Positions 18,759 to 28,745 of a DNA stretch of 64,000 nucleotides are shown here, piece by piece. Each line of letters begins with the position of its first letter. Position 1 is the first letter of the stretch. This stretch comes from a virus (Duplodnaviria > Caudoviricetes), in the IMG/VR virus record IMGVR_UViG_2721755486_000001, positions 1-64,000 of that record; one strand, 5' to 3'. The notes below the pieces were generated by a model that had not been told where the DNA came from, did no database searches, and saw only the letters and a list, made by a program, of their open reading frames with translations. The position numbers were made by a program, and so were the translations under genes.

Positions 18759-21700
18759 TCAGCGGCGGCGCTCGTACTCGTCGTCGACGCTCAGCTTCAG
18801 CTCGCGGCGCTTGTCGTGCTCCTGGGCGTGGCCCGTCTGGGTCTGGCTCACGTCCTGCGCCGGCGTGCTGGGCGCCAGGCCCAGGCGTTCACGCTGCGCG
18901 GCTTCGGCCTTCGGACCGCGGAGGCCCAGCCCCTCCCAGAGGTTCTTCGCCTCGTCGGAGTTCTCGCGGACGCGCTCGTTGTGGGCCTGGACCTGCGGGG
19001 CCAGCGGCTTGTTCGGATCCACCACGATCGGCGCGGCATCCTTCCGCTCCTGCGCGGTCGTACCACCCGTCCAGGACATGAGGCTGTCCAGGGTCTTCGT
19101 AGAGCTGCTGACCTCCTGCTGCGGCACATGAGCGCCCGACTGGCCCGGGGGCAGCAGCTTCGCCTCGCGCTCGACGATCGGGCGCTCGGTCTGCTGGGCC
19201 GGAGCAGTGGGGGTGCCCACCACACGTACCGGTTCACGGTCGCCACCGGTCCAGGACATGAGGCTGTCCAGGACCTTCGAGGTGCCCGTGGCCTCCTGCT
19301 GCGGCACCTGCGCGTCGGACTGGCCCGGCGGCAAGAGCTTGGCCTCGCGCTCGACAATCGGCGTGGCGACCTGCTGCTCGCGCTCCACCGGCGTGGTGGC
19401 CTGGGTCTGCACGGTGGGCTGCTGCACGACCTGCTGCTCCTCGCGCGCCTCGACCTTCGGCGTGGCGACCACCTGGTGCTCAGCGTCGTGCCGGGCGGCC
19501 TGCACCGGTTCCACCGTGGCGGTGTGGCCCTGCTCACCGCGGCCCTGCTGCTGGTCCTGCGCGACGGTCTGGGCCTGTGCCTGGGCACGGGCGTCGATGC
19601 GCGACGCGAGGCGATCCCCACGCGGCAGCAGGGCTTCGATCGGCGCGACCTGGTGGCCGTGCTCGCGTACGAACGTCTGGGTCTTCGCCTCGAGGTGCTC
19701 GTGCAGCGCCTCGTTGACGAACGCGCGATCGTCCGGCGAGATCGGGCCGCCCATCGCGTTGTTCAGGCGCGCACCAGCGGTCAGCAGGTTGAGGCTCGGG
19801 CTGGTGGCACCGTCCAGGCCGTTGGCCTCGCGGTTCCACGGCGCCACACCGTCGACGGTTTCGCCGCCCATGCTCATGCTGTACGCCACCCCGTCGGAGG
19901 TGAAACCCTTGACCTTGATCGAGTTGAACCCTTCGTTCAACACGTCCGGGTTCAGCTTCGCGGCGGGCGCGTTCATCGCCGCCTGGATGCTGGCTTGGCG
20001 CTGGGCCTCGGCGCTCAGTTCCTCCTGGGCGACGACCTTGGTCTGCTCAGCCGCGGAGCTGGCCAGGGTCGTGGTCGACTCGGCCTTGCCGTCGCGTGCC
20101 AGCGGCTGGTAGTGCTCGGGATTCTGGACGCTCGCGTCCAGCCACGAGGCCATGCGCTCCTCGACCGTCAGCGCCACCTCTTCACGGACCTTCCCGTGCA
20201 GGGCCTCGTGGGCCTCGCGCTGCTGCGCTTCGTGGGCCACGAAATCGTGCGGTGCGGCCGACCAGGTGACCTGCGGCACCGCCCGCTGCTCGCCGTTGGC
20301 GAGCTGGACGGTCTTCGGCTCGGTGCGGTACGCCCGCAGTTCCACCGTGTCGCCGATCTGTACACCGCCGACCTCGATGGCCTTCGGCAGGTCCTTGCCC
20401 CAAACGGTGTGCTTCTCACCGTCGCGGGCTTCCACCACAGCAAACGGGGAGGGCTTGGCGCCTTCCACGTCCTGATACGGACGGACCCCCTGCTCGAGCA
20501 GGACCCCACGCGCGTAATGCTCGGCCACCGTACGAGCGTGGTCCGGCTGCGGCACGAACGGCAGGATCCCCTGAGTGGTGGCCAGCTCCTTTTCCTTCGC
20601 CTGCTGGACCGCCGCGTCGTACTTCGCGCGCTGCTGGGCATCGTGCTGCTCGAAGTTGTGCGGACGGGCGCTGAAGTGGATCACCGTGGTGGGATACTCC
20701 TCGCCGGTCTTCCGGTCGGGCTGCATGGAGGTGGTGATGTCCCCGCGCAGTTCCACGGTCATGCCGGGGAGCACGTTGCCCTCCTGCAAGGCGCGCGGAA
20801 TGTCGAAACCGTAGACGCGGCGAACGGTGCCCTCACGGTCCTCGATGGACGCGTACGGCGTCGGTTCCTGACCGTTGATCTTCATGTCGTGGACCCCGTG
20901 ATCGACCAGCTTCCCACGGGCGATGACCACCTCGTCGGTCTCCTGGTAGTCGGGCTCGGGCACGAACGGCTGGACAGCGGCCTCCTGGGCCTTCTCCTTC
21001 GCCTTGACCTTTTCGACCTCCACGCGGACCGCGTTCTGCGCCTCCTGCAGCTCGTGTACACGTGCGTTCTTCGCCGCAACCTCCTCGGCGTGCTCCTTCG
21101 CGATCGCGGTGCGGATCGCCTGCGGCGCGGTGAACTCGCTGCGTTCCAGCGGGGTGACCTGCAACGGCTTGAAGCCGATCATGGAACGGCGGCGGCCCAC
21201 GATCAGCTCGCCCTGGCCCGTCATCAGCGTGGTGAAGAGGTGGCCCTCGCTCGGCACGGTCCCGAGAACGGACGCGCCGATTTCCTTACGCTGCAGGACG
21301 CGACCGTCCTCCCGGGTGTCTTCGCGCTTCACCCAGTTGAACTGCTCCTGTACGGTGGCGCCGCTGCTCAGGTCGCGGTCCGGGTCGGTGATCGGGTGAC
21401 CGTGCTTCACGTCGTAGGCGAACAGCGCGCCGAAGGCCTCACGGGCCTTTTCGCGGTTCTGCGCCACGGCTTCGGGCGTCCCGCGGAGCAGGGCGGACCG
21501 TTCGGCGTGGAACGACGCATGTTCCGCGGCCTTCACCAGGTCCAGGCGGACCGTGTCCGGCCCGGTGCTGTTCATGCGGCTGACGTACATGGCCTCCTCG
21601 TGGGCCTTGTACGCGTTGTCCAGTGCCACGAACGCGTCGGTGCGGGTGGTCCCTTCCGGCAGGGCCTTCAGGAACGCAGCGGCATCGAACAGCCCCTGGC

Positions 21701-23342
21701 GCTCGCCCTTGGCGTTCTTCACGAAGCCGTCCGGGGCGTCCTCGCGCGGGCTCATCGCCACGTTGTTCGCCGGGTCGGCGTAGCGGGCACGCCAAAAGTC
21801 GTAGACCTCGCCAGCCCACTTGCCCTGGAAGTTCTCCCATGGGCCGGTCGGCACCCGCTCGGGCACGCTCGGCGTAGCCACAGCTTCCGCAGCTTGGGCG
21901 GGAGCACCCTCCGGGGTCTTCTCGCCCGTGGGGGTGGCAGGGGCCTGGACCTTCTCGGTCTCGGCAGGGGCAGGGGCGGACGGCGCGCTCGACGGGGCGA
22001 GCGACGGCGCAGCGGGCGCACGCGCGGCGACCGGCTGGGCGGTCTGGCTACGCTGCTGGGGGGTGGCCTGGGCCTGGGCCTTCGCCGGCGCCGGGGCGGT
22101 CACGCCCAGGGTCTTCTCGACGGCATCGGCGACCATCTGGCGGCTGGGCAGGTCGGTGGGGGCGAACACGGCGGCCAGGTCCTCGTCGGCCTGCTGGCGC
22201 ACGGCGTCGCGCTCGGCGGCCGGCAACTGGTCGACGAACGGCGTCAGGGCGTCGAGCAGACGCGCATGGAACCGCTGTTCGAACAGGTCGGCACGCGTGA
22301 TGCCGTTGGGCACCTCGACGCCCGGGGCGATCACATCGGCCGACGCGGCGAACGCAACGTTCAGGGCCGACAGGCGATGCTCGTCCATGGGCAGGTCCCG
22401 TTCGTACGCGTAGCGGTTGAACGCCTGACCGGTTGGCGTTTGATCGAGGCGGTTCAGCAGCTCGTCCTGCCGCGGGGCCACCTCACGGTAATGGAGGTCG
22501 CGGTCCTCGGCGGCTTGCAGGCGCTCCTCGAACTGCGGCGTGAGGTCGATGCCGGTACGCTCTTCGAGAACGCCGAGGGCATGCTCCTCGAACTGCTGCC
22601 GGATCGAAGCGTCCGGGGTATTGCTCGGGCGGGTCTCCCAGACCCAGGCCACGGCATCGCGCACGACGGAGTCGCGGTGCTCGTCGAACAGCGCGCGCTC
22701 GTCACCGGTCAGGTCGCTGGCCAGGTCGGTCAGCAGGTCTTGGGGCATCCGCTCGGTGATGTCGTACAGCTCCGAGACGTGGCGCTCCGGCCAGGATTCG
22801 GGCGCGTCGACGCTGAACTGGTGGCTGATGGCGATGGCTTCCGGGCCGCGCCATTCGAGGCCTTGCTCCCGCACCACGGGTTCGAGGAACGTGCGCGCGA
22901 TGGTGTGGCGCAGCGTGTCCTGCAGGTGGTCCGGTACGCTGCGGTCCAGGAACTCGCCAACGTTGTCGGCATCGACAACGTTCCGCAGCAGGCTTTCCTG
23001 CAGCGCTTTGGCCTGGGCCTTCGTCGCTTCGGCGTGCAGGTCACGGTCGAACGCCTCCGGGCCGTCCGTGTAGCGCTGGCGCAGCCAGTCGGCGGTCGGG
23101 GAGGCCTGGAACCGCTCCATGTAGCGGGTGAACTCCGCTTTCGACGCGTCGCTGGCGGCCATGGTCGTCAGCTCGAACACGTCGCGATCGCTGGCGCTCT
23201 CCAACGGCTGGGGCGCGGCAGGCGCCGGCGCGGTGACGGCGGCTTCCACGGCGCGCATCTCGCGCACGCGGCCCCAAAGGTTGGCCACACGTTCCTGGAC
23301 GGAACCCAAAAGGCCCGGACGGCCGTTCTGCTGGTCTGCCAT
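18759..23342 (-). CDS. Very large (~1527 aa) conjugation-associated polyvalent-like protein
   Basis: ATG at 23342 with GGGGAG RBS; duplicated G-L-xx-G..PY..T(V)WGxDLxxA domain; 40-aa internal repeat; charged tail EHDKRRELKLSVDDEYERRR. Confidence 0.75.
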   Translation of the reverse strand: MADQQNGRPGLLGSVQERVANLWGRVREMRAVEAAVTAPAPAAPQPLESASDRDVFELTTMAASDASKAEFTRYMERFQASPTADWLRQRYTDGPEAFDRDLHAEATKAQAKALQESLLRNVVDADNVGEFLDRSVPDHLQDTLRHTIARTFLEPVVREQGLEWRGPEAIAISHQFSVDAPESWPERHVSELYDITERMPQDLLTDLASDLTGDERALFDEHRDSVVRDAVAWVWETRPSNTPDASIRQQFEEHALGVLEERTGIDLTPQFEERLQAAEDRDLHYREVAPRQDELLNRLDQTPTGQAFNRYAYERDLPMDEHRLSALNVAFAASADVIAPGVEVPNGITRADLFEQRFHARLLDALTPFVDQLPAAERDAVRQQADEDLAAVFAPTDLPSRQMVADAVEKTLGVTAPAPAKAQAQATPQQRSQTAQPVAARAPAAPSLAPSSAPSAPAPAETEKVQAPATPTGEKTPEGAPAQAAEAVATPSVPERVPTGPWENFQGKWAGEVYDFWRARYADPANNVAMSPREDAPDGFVKNAKGERQGLFDAAAFLKALPEGTTRTDAFVALDNAYKAHEEAMYVSRMNSTGPDTVRLDLVKAAEHASFHAERSALLRGTPEAVAQNREKAREAFGALFAYDVKHGHPITDPDRDLSSGATVQEQFNWVKREDTREDGRVLQRKEIGASVLGTVPSEGHLFTTLMTGQGELIVGRRRSMIGFKPLQVTPLERSEFTAPQAIRTAIAKEHAEEVAAKNARVHELQEAQNAVRVEVEKVKAKEKAQEAAVQPFVPEPDYQETDEVVIARGKLVDHGVHDMKINGQEPTPYASIEDREGTVRRVYGFDIPRALQEGNVLPGMTVELRGDITTSMQPDRKTGEEYPTTVIHFSARPHNFEQHDAQQRAKYDAAVQQAKEKELATTQGILPFVPQPDHARTVAEHYARGVLLEQGVRPYQDVEGAKPSPFAVVEARDGEKHTVWGKDLPKAIEVGGVQIGDTVELRAYRTEPKTVQLANGEQRAVPQVTWSAAPHDFVAHEAQQREAHEALHGKVREEVALTVEERMASWLDASVQNPEHYQPLARDGKAESTTTLASSAAEQTKVVAQEELSAEAQRQASIQAAMNAPAAKLNPDVLNEGFNSIKVKGFTSDGVAYSMSMGGETVDGVAPWNREANGLDGATSPSLNLLTAGARLNNAMGGPISPDDRAFVNEALHEHLEAKTQTFVREHGHQVAPIEALLPRGDRLASRIDARAQAQAQTVAQDQQQGRGEQGHTATVEPVQAARHDAEHQVVATPKVEAREEQQVVQQPTVQTQATTPVEREQQVATPIVEREAKLLPPGQSDAQVPQQEATGTSKVLDSLMSWTGGDREPVRVVGTPTAPAQQTERPIVEREAKLLPPGQSGAHVPQQEVSSSTKTLDSLMSWTGGTTAQERKDAAPIVVDPNKPLAPQVQAHNERVRENSDEAKNLWEGLGLRGPKAEAAQRERLGLAPSTPAQDVSQTQTGHAQEHDKRRELKLSVDDEYERRR

Positions 23343-23396
23343 GCTGTCTCCCCCTGTACTGTACGTGGCGGTCGCGCGAACGCGTCCGATCACCCC

Positions 23397-23463
23397 AGGT
23401 TAGCGGCTTTTCCGGGGTGCGCAAGTACCCCGGCGTTACAGGAATGGCCGTGCCGTGGCACGG
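23397..23463 (-). promoter_or_regulatory. Backbone promoter TTGCGC-N16-TAACCT with palindrome at 23448-23463
   Basis: Read directly from the sequence. Confidence 0.6.
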
Positions 23464-23584
23464 CTTGAGAGCGGTGGCGATGGGCGAAACGGTGGACGAA
23501 AAAGAGGGGGCGACGTGCCCCCTCAATGCGACGTTTCACCCTTGAAACGCCGCCCCCGTTGATCGTGAAATCGGTCCCGCTGGA

Positions 23585-23809
23585 TCAGGCGGCCCGCAGC
23601 CCGGCGCGCTTGGCCAGGGCTTCGTGGCGCCAGGCTTGGCGGCTCGCGGTCTGGTCCCGCTCGTTCTCGCGCACGGACAGGTGGCGAGACCGGGAGCCCT
23701 TCGGCGAGCGGAGCATGCGCTGCACCCCGTAGGCCTCAGCCAGTTGGCGGATTCGCTTTTTCGTGAGCAGGCCGTCGTCGTCGAGACCGTCGAACAGGTG
23801 GGCAGGCAT
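23585..23809 (-). CDS. Small basic hypothetical protein
   Basis: ATG at 23809 with GAGGAG RBS; own promoter and palindrome upstream. Confidence 0.55.
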   Translation of the reverse strand: MPAHLFDGLDDDGLLTKKRIRQLAEAYGVQRMLRSPKGSRSRHLSVRENERDQTASRQAWRHEALAKRAGLRAA

Positions 23810-23837
23810 TGCAGGCTCCTCGTGCTGGGTTTGGGAC

Positions 23838-23894
23838 CCGTGCCGTGGCACGTCTTCCATACCTTCAACCTAGCGGGCTCTGTGGGCGTGTCAA
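23838..23894 (-). promoter_or_regulatory. Backbone promoter TTGACA-N16-TAGGTT with palindrome (23838-23853) downstream of the -10
   Basis: Read directly from the sequence. Confidence 0.7.
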
Positions 23895-24133
23895 GTGCGC
23901 GAACGACGTTGATCTGGGCCTTGCCGGTTGCTCGAATGCCGCAGTCTTCCAGAGGATGTGGGGCGGCGGGCAGGAGTGGGTACGGAGCGGGCGCTTAAGG
24001 TTTTCCACGAGCCGCCGTAAACGCGCTCAGAGGGCTGAGCCCCTTCAGGGGACGGCTGGCATGGAGTTATTCCATGCAGGAGACGGCGGTCAACGTCGTT
24101 GCGATTCAACCAAGCACGGAGCAAAGAATACAA

Positions 24134-24889
24134 ATGGCATATCGACACGACCCGGACCTGGGCTTTCTGGGCAAGATGAAATCGAGCGATCTGAACGACC
24201 TCGTGCGTTGCCTGACGCACGACAAGGACGGCAGCGCCAGGTTGACCGAAGAGCTGACGATGGCGGACGATTACAAGAAATACGCCCCGGACCATAGCAA
24301 ATACTGGCAGCTCATCGCGGCCGAGGTGCAGTGCTTCGGGGGCAACACGTTCGCTACCATGTTCCGGGGCGGTAAGGGCGTGTTGTACAAGGAGGTGCTC
24401 TGCGACGTGTGCGACAAGATGGACGTGAACTACAACGCCAAGGCGTCTGTCGAGACGATCGAGGGCAACTTGCTGATGAAGATTTTGCAGGACGCGCTCG
24501 CGAAAATGACACCCGAGCAGCTCCGCGAGCTGGCAAAGGAACTGGGCATCAAGGACTTCGCGAACATCACGTCGCCGGCGCTGGTGATGGTCTTCCAAAC
24601 GATCTTCCGCGCGGGCGGCTTTAAATCCTACCAGCTCACGTTGATCGTCGTGAACGCGGTGCTGAAGGCCTTGATCGGCCGCGGGCTGTCGTTCGGTGGA
24701 AACATTTTGCTGACCCGTACGATGGCGATTCTCACCGGTCCGGTCGGTTGGATCATCAGCGGCGTCTGGACGGCGGTGGACATCGCTGGTGCCGCGTATC
24801 GCGTGACCATCCCGGCGGTCATCCAAATCGCTGCACTTCGGCAGCAGCAGATGTACGGCGACATGGCCGACCAAGTGAAGTTTGGCTAA
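24134..24889 (+). CDS. YaaW/DUF3944 family protein
   Basis: MAYRHDPDLGFL..LTHDKDG..R..YWQLIAAEVQCFGGN..YKEVLCDV..AYRVTIPAVIQIAALR closely follows the YaaW-family pattern. Confidence 0.85.
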   Translation: MAYRHDPDLGFLGKMKSSDLNDLVRCLTHDKDGSARLTEELTMADDYKKYAPDHSKYWQLIAAEVQCFGGNTFATMFRGGKGVLYKEVLCDVCDKMDVNYNAKASVETIEGNLLMKILQDALAKMTPEQLRELAKELGIKDFANITSPALVMVFQTIFRAGGFKSYQLTLIVVNAVLKALIGRGLSFGGNILLTRTMAILTGPVGWIISGVWTAVDIAGAAYRVTIPAVIQIAALRQQQMYGDMADQVKFG

Positions 24890-24907
24890 CAGGCGGGCGG
24901 GGGGCGC

Positions 24908-25798
24908 TCAGTCTCCCGTGTCCTCCTGGGCGGCGAGGAACAGGTCCAAGTGGTGGCGCAGGTAGACCGCCTGGCGCTTCGTCGGTTTCTTGCGCAGCGG
25001 GGTGGGGACGCCCACCAGCGCGCGGTCCTTCGCCGACAGGACGTCGGACACGAGCATGTCCCCGGTGTCCGGGTCGAACGCGATCAGATGGTTGTCGAAC
25101 AGGCGGTCCAGGTTGGCGATGAGCGGCAACCCGTTGGCCGGGTCCAGGCGCTGATCGTCGTTCGAGTCGGCCCAGGCCATCGCGTGGGAGGCGATGAGGA
25201 GCGTTCCGACCGAGCACCCGGTGACGGCGCAGGCACCGCCCCAGAGCGAGAGCAGACCGGCGCGGTAGCGGCCCTGGCCCATGCGCGCTTGCACGAGCGC
25301 CTGGCGGGTGGTGGCTTGGTCGGGTTTTGCGTAGCGCCGCTCGATGTCGGCCAGGTCCTGCGCGAGCGATGACCCGGCGGACGGGCGGGCCAGGTAGTCG
25401 TCGACGGTCACGAGGCGATCGACCGTGACGAACACGTGGCCGTTGGGGCGACGGTCCACGCTTTTGAGCTTGCGCAGGTGCACCCCGTCGTACTTCTTCG
25501 CCAGCGGATCGTCGCGGTCCTTCCCGTATCGAAGCACCGCGTACGTGGGGCGGCCGGCTTCGAGGTGGGCGATGCTGCGCAGACGCTCGGCGCGACCGAT
25601 CGGATCGCTGCGATCGCCAGGCGGGCGAGGTTTCCAGACGCCGATGGATCGGTCGTTGCTCCCCGGCTCCACATCCTTGAACCAAAGTTTCATCACGACG
25701 GTATCCGTGCTTTCGTCCGTGGCATCCCACGACGGACGACGGACGGCCAGGCGGACGCCCAAGCTGTCGAGAAACTGGTTGATGGTTGGTGTTGCCAT
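24908..25798 (-). CDS. HNH endonuclease with uncharacterised N-terminal domain
   Basis: ARMGQGRYR..W.GACAVTG..LIASH..W..RLDPANGL.L.ANLDRLFD HNH_2-type motif. Confidence 0.85.
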   Translation of the reverse strand: MATPTINQFLDSLGVRLAVRRPSWDATDESTDTVVMKLWFKDVEPGSNDRSIGVWKPRPPGDRSDPIGRAERLRSIAHLEAGRPTYAVLRYGKDRDDPLAKKYDGVHLRKLKSVDRRPNGHVFVTVDRLVTVDDYLARPSAGSSLAQDLADIERRYAKPDQATTRQALVQARMGQGRYRAGLLSLWGGACAVTGCSVGTLLIASHAMAWADSNDDQRLDPANGLPLIANLDRLFDNHLIAFDPDTGDMLVSDVLSAKDRALVGVPTPLRKKPTKRQAVYLRHHLDLFLAAQEDTGD

Positions 25799-26015
25799 GC
25801 TGCCCCCGTGGTCCGGTATCGCTCAGGTGTCTGGTCATCGCCGACCGGTGGTCCGGTCGTGCCTGGCGATGATACCGGAGGGCACCGGACCCTTCGGGAA
25901 AACCGCCGGGGCTCACGCCCGGCACTCAAACACCGGCGGCATCCCACCCCGAACCTCGCCGCGGGCCTGGGCCCGGCGATGGACCGGGCTGGGAGGGTGG
26001 AGCGGAGGGGCTCGC

Positions 26016-27770
26016 TTACGCGTTGGCAGGACCGGCGACGTCGAACGGATCCGCCGGGTCAAACGTCATCGGCGGGAGCGGCTTGGTCACCAGCATGGCC
26101 ACGCCGTCGATCACCTCCACCTGCAGGCGGAGCTTGTCCAGCACGCCACCGATCACGGCTTCGATGCGCACCTCGTCGAGGCCGACGGCCAGCGGCTGAT
26201 CCTTGACCACGGTGAGCAGCACGTCTTGCTTGATCGGGCCGTCCGGGGTGCCCAGCACCGCGCACACGGCTTTCACCGTGTCGTTGATGCACGCTTCGAG
26301 GGCGGCTTGCTTCGGCGTCTGCGGCGGCAGGTCGTCGAGCGCTTCGCGACCGCGGACGAACGGGGCCACCCCGTCGATGCGCAGGCGCATGAGGCGCGGA
26401 CGGCTTCCAAGCTTGTCGGCCGGTGCGCGGCGCGTGTTGTCCGGCGAATCGATGTCCACGCCCTTCGGAAGCAAGAACGTGCGGGCACGCTTCCAGAACT
26501 CCGGTGCCCCCAGCGCCTTGCCACCGTTGGACAGGGTGTAGTCCTTGTACGCGGTGTACAGGGCCTGCTTGTCCGACCACACGTCCGGTTCCTGACGGAA
26601 GTTCACGAAGTCGAACCAATCCAGCGTGTTGTCGTTGGAGCCGCGGATGGTCAGGGCGTGTTGGCGCGCTTCCAGCGGCACGCGTTCACCCTCCGGGAAC
26701 CCGTGCTGGCTCAGGTGGACGAGCCCCTTGATCAACCACGCGACCACGCCGGCCATTTCCTTCGGGTCGTCGATGATTTTCTTGTCGAGGTCGGGGATGC
26801 GGTCCTTCGGTGCGATCGTGCGGTTGAACGGAACGTTGGCGATGCGGCGCGCGAAGCCGTACGACATGTCGGTGAAGCCGATCGTGTCGTTCATCAGCAG
26901 GATCCAGCGGGCGCGCAGGGCCACGGACAGGGGGACCTTGTTCTTGCGGTTGATCGCCACCAGATCGCCAGACACGTACGCCTTGAACACGCCCTCGCTG
27001 ATCGGGCGCTTGCGCGAGGGGGCCTCCGGCACCGTCACGAGGGTGGCGGAGATCAGGGGCTCGGCGTTGAAATCCCCGTCGAGCTTGTTCAGGTCGAACG
27101 CCACCACGTTGGAGTGGATGGCGGCGATGATGTTCAGGAGCACACTCTTGCCGTTCGAGCCAACGCCTTGCCACCATTGGCACTTCTGGTAGTTCGTGCT
27201 CGAGATCGTCGAGGCGCAGCACGCCCCGAGGTAGTCCTGCATCTCGGGCGACTGGATGGAGTTCAGGAACATCCCGAACTTGCTGGACGGGTCCAGCTCC
27301 TGGACCGTGTACGTGCCGTCCTCGGCCACGCGCGTCCAGTCGATGGTGGAACGCACGGCGTGCGTCGCCCCCAGCTCGCGCGAGGGCTCGTGGGCGCGGA
27401 CCACGCCGGTGGGCAGCACCTCCAGCAGACCGTTCTGCATCGGCAGCAGCACGCCCGTGCCCTCCTCGGGCACCGGGACGAGCTTGGTGCCGGACAGGCG
27501 GGTCAACGCCGTGTCGACCATCGAGCGCGCGGTGCGGCGGTTGAAATGGTGCGGCTCGTCGCGTTCGAGGACGTTCAGCGCGTCCTGCTCCAGAGCGACA
27601 TCGCGTTGGGCCTCCCAGTACACGCCGTTCCAGCGGAACAGCTCCGGCACCTCGCCCTTGCCGACCGCAAGGTTCGGGTCCTGCGCCAGCTTGTTCGCGT
27701 AAAACAGCTCGATGGACGGCTTCTTTTTGGTCGGCTCTTGGGTGCCGGCGCCCGGGAAGTTGAATGCCAT
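26016..27770 (-). CDS. D5/P4-family SF3 helicase without a primase domain
   Basis: D5_N motifs (RWNGVYWE, LPMQNGLL); Walker A GVGSNGKS; Walker B TVPE; motif C ILLMN; ARRI; ATG at 27770 with AAAGGA RBS. Confidence 0.85.
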   Translation of the reverse strand: MAFNFPGAGTQEPTKKKPSIELFYANKLAQDPNLAVGKGEVPELFRWNGVYWEAQRDVALEQDALNVLERDEPHHFNRRTARSMVDTALTRLSGTKLVPVPEEGTGVLLPMQNGLLEVLPTGVVRAHEPSRELGATHAVRSTIDWTRVAEDGTYTVQELDPSSKFGMFLNSIQSPEMQDYLGACCASTISSTNYQKCQWWQGVGSNGKSVLLNIIAAIHSNVVAFDLNKLDGDFNAEPLISATLVTVPEAPSRKRPISEGVFKAYVSGDLVAINRKNKVPLSVALRARWILLMNDTIGFTDMSYGFARRIANVPFNRTIAPKDRIPDLDKKIIDDPKEMAGVVAWLIKGLVHLSQHGFPEGERVPLEARQHALTIRGSNDNTLDWFDFVNFRQEPDVWSDKQALYTAYKDYTLSNGGKALGAPEFWKRARTFLLPKGVDIDSPDNTRRAPADKLGSRPRLMRLRIDGVAPFVRGREALDDLPPQTPKQAALEACINDTVKAVCAVLGTPDGPIKQDVLLTVVKDQPLAVGLDEVRIEAVIGGVLDKLRLQVEVIDGVAMLVTKPLPPMTFDPADPFDVAGPANA

Positions 27771-28464
27771 GGTCGTTCCTTTGTTCGTGCTCGGTTGGTA
27801 CGCGGGAGGCGTCCCGTGGGACCACCTGCCGCTCGGAACGAAGTGTCGAGGGGCGACCCCCCGGACCTGAGTCGCCGGCCCGCCGTCCCCTGGGCGGGGG
27901 CGCGACTCACGGCCGGTGGCGCACCAGGCGCACCAGGGCTGGACTCGCCCCGGTCCCGGCGGGGCCGGGCTCAACGCTGGCCAGTCCAGGGGCACGACGG
28001 CACGGCCTTGGACCGCGCCATGGCACGGAGGCCCGGTGGGGCAAGGGTCGGGCGGGCACCGCCCAGGCGGTCCAGGCTGTCCGGGTGAAATCGGCGATGT
28101 TCTCCCGTACAACCAGAAGGGGCAGCGCCCACCGGTGGGAAAGGTAACGCCGTCCCATAGACGGCAACCTTCCCCGGCTGGGGATCAGGATCCTTGTTGA
28201 ACCCATGGGGAAAGGCTTGGACCGCTTGGACCGATCCTCGGTGCACACCGTGGGACGGTCCCCACGGGCTGTCCAGGCATCACCACGAGGACCTGGCCAG
28301 GCCTGGGCCAGGAACCGGGCGAGCCCGGACAGGACCGGCATCGACGGTTCCCGTAAATCCTCACCGTCGGTTGTACAGCAAGCCGTGCCACGGCACGGGC
28401 TCACCCCGTCCACCCGCTCGCCGCGCGGCGTTCCGTCTCCCCAGCAGCGGCGCTGCCGACGTCA

Positions 28465-28632
28465 CCGTTTTCCCGTTCCCGTCCTTCCCCGCGACCCTGC
28501 CTCGGGCCCGGAGTCCGTCAAGGCGCACCCGGCCGTGTTGCTGCGCGGCCCGCACCACCTGGCGCTCGAATCCTTGACCGTCCCCAGGACCTCGGCGACC
28601 CCCATCGCGGGACGAGAACTCAGGAAAACGGC
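28465..28632 (+). promoter_or_regulatory. Long fold-back element with GTCAAGG...CCTTGAC arms (Frpo/ssi-like)
   Basis: CCGTTTTCC pairs with GGAAAACGG and GTCAAGG pairs with CCTTGAC; lies upstream of a small ORF. Confidence 0.45.
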
Positions 28633-28745
28633 GGCAACGACGCCAGGCACGCAGGCTCGACGGAACAACGTCAACGGCCAGGTCAAAAGCGGGCCTCAAA
28701 GCTCGGAGCCGGTCAGCTCACAGCACCACCACCAGGAGGAATGTC

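Noticed and set aside
12369-23468. Very long plus-strand ORFs (12369..15566, 15911..17764, 18816..23468) and similar antisense ORFs elsewhere (3213..5171, 25425..28088, 39143..41476, 59883..62015)
   Set aside because: They are shadow frames of real high-GC genes on the opposite strand, with no motifs or RBS.
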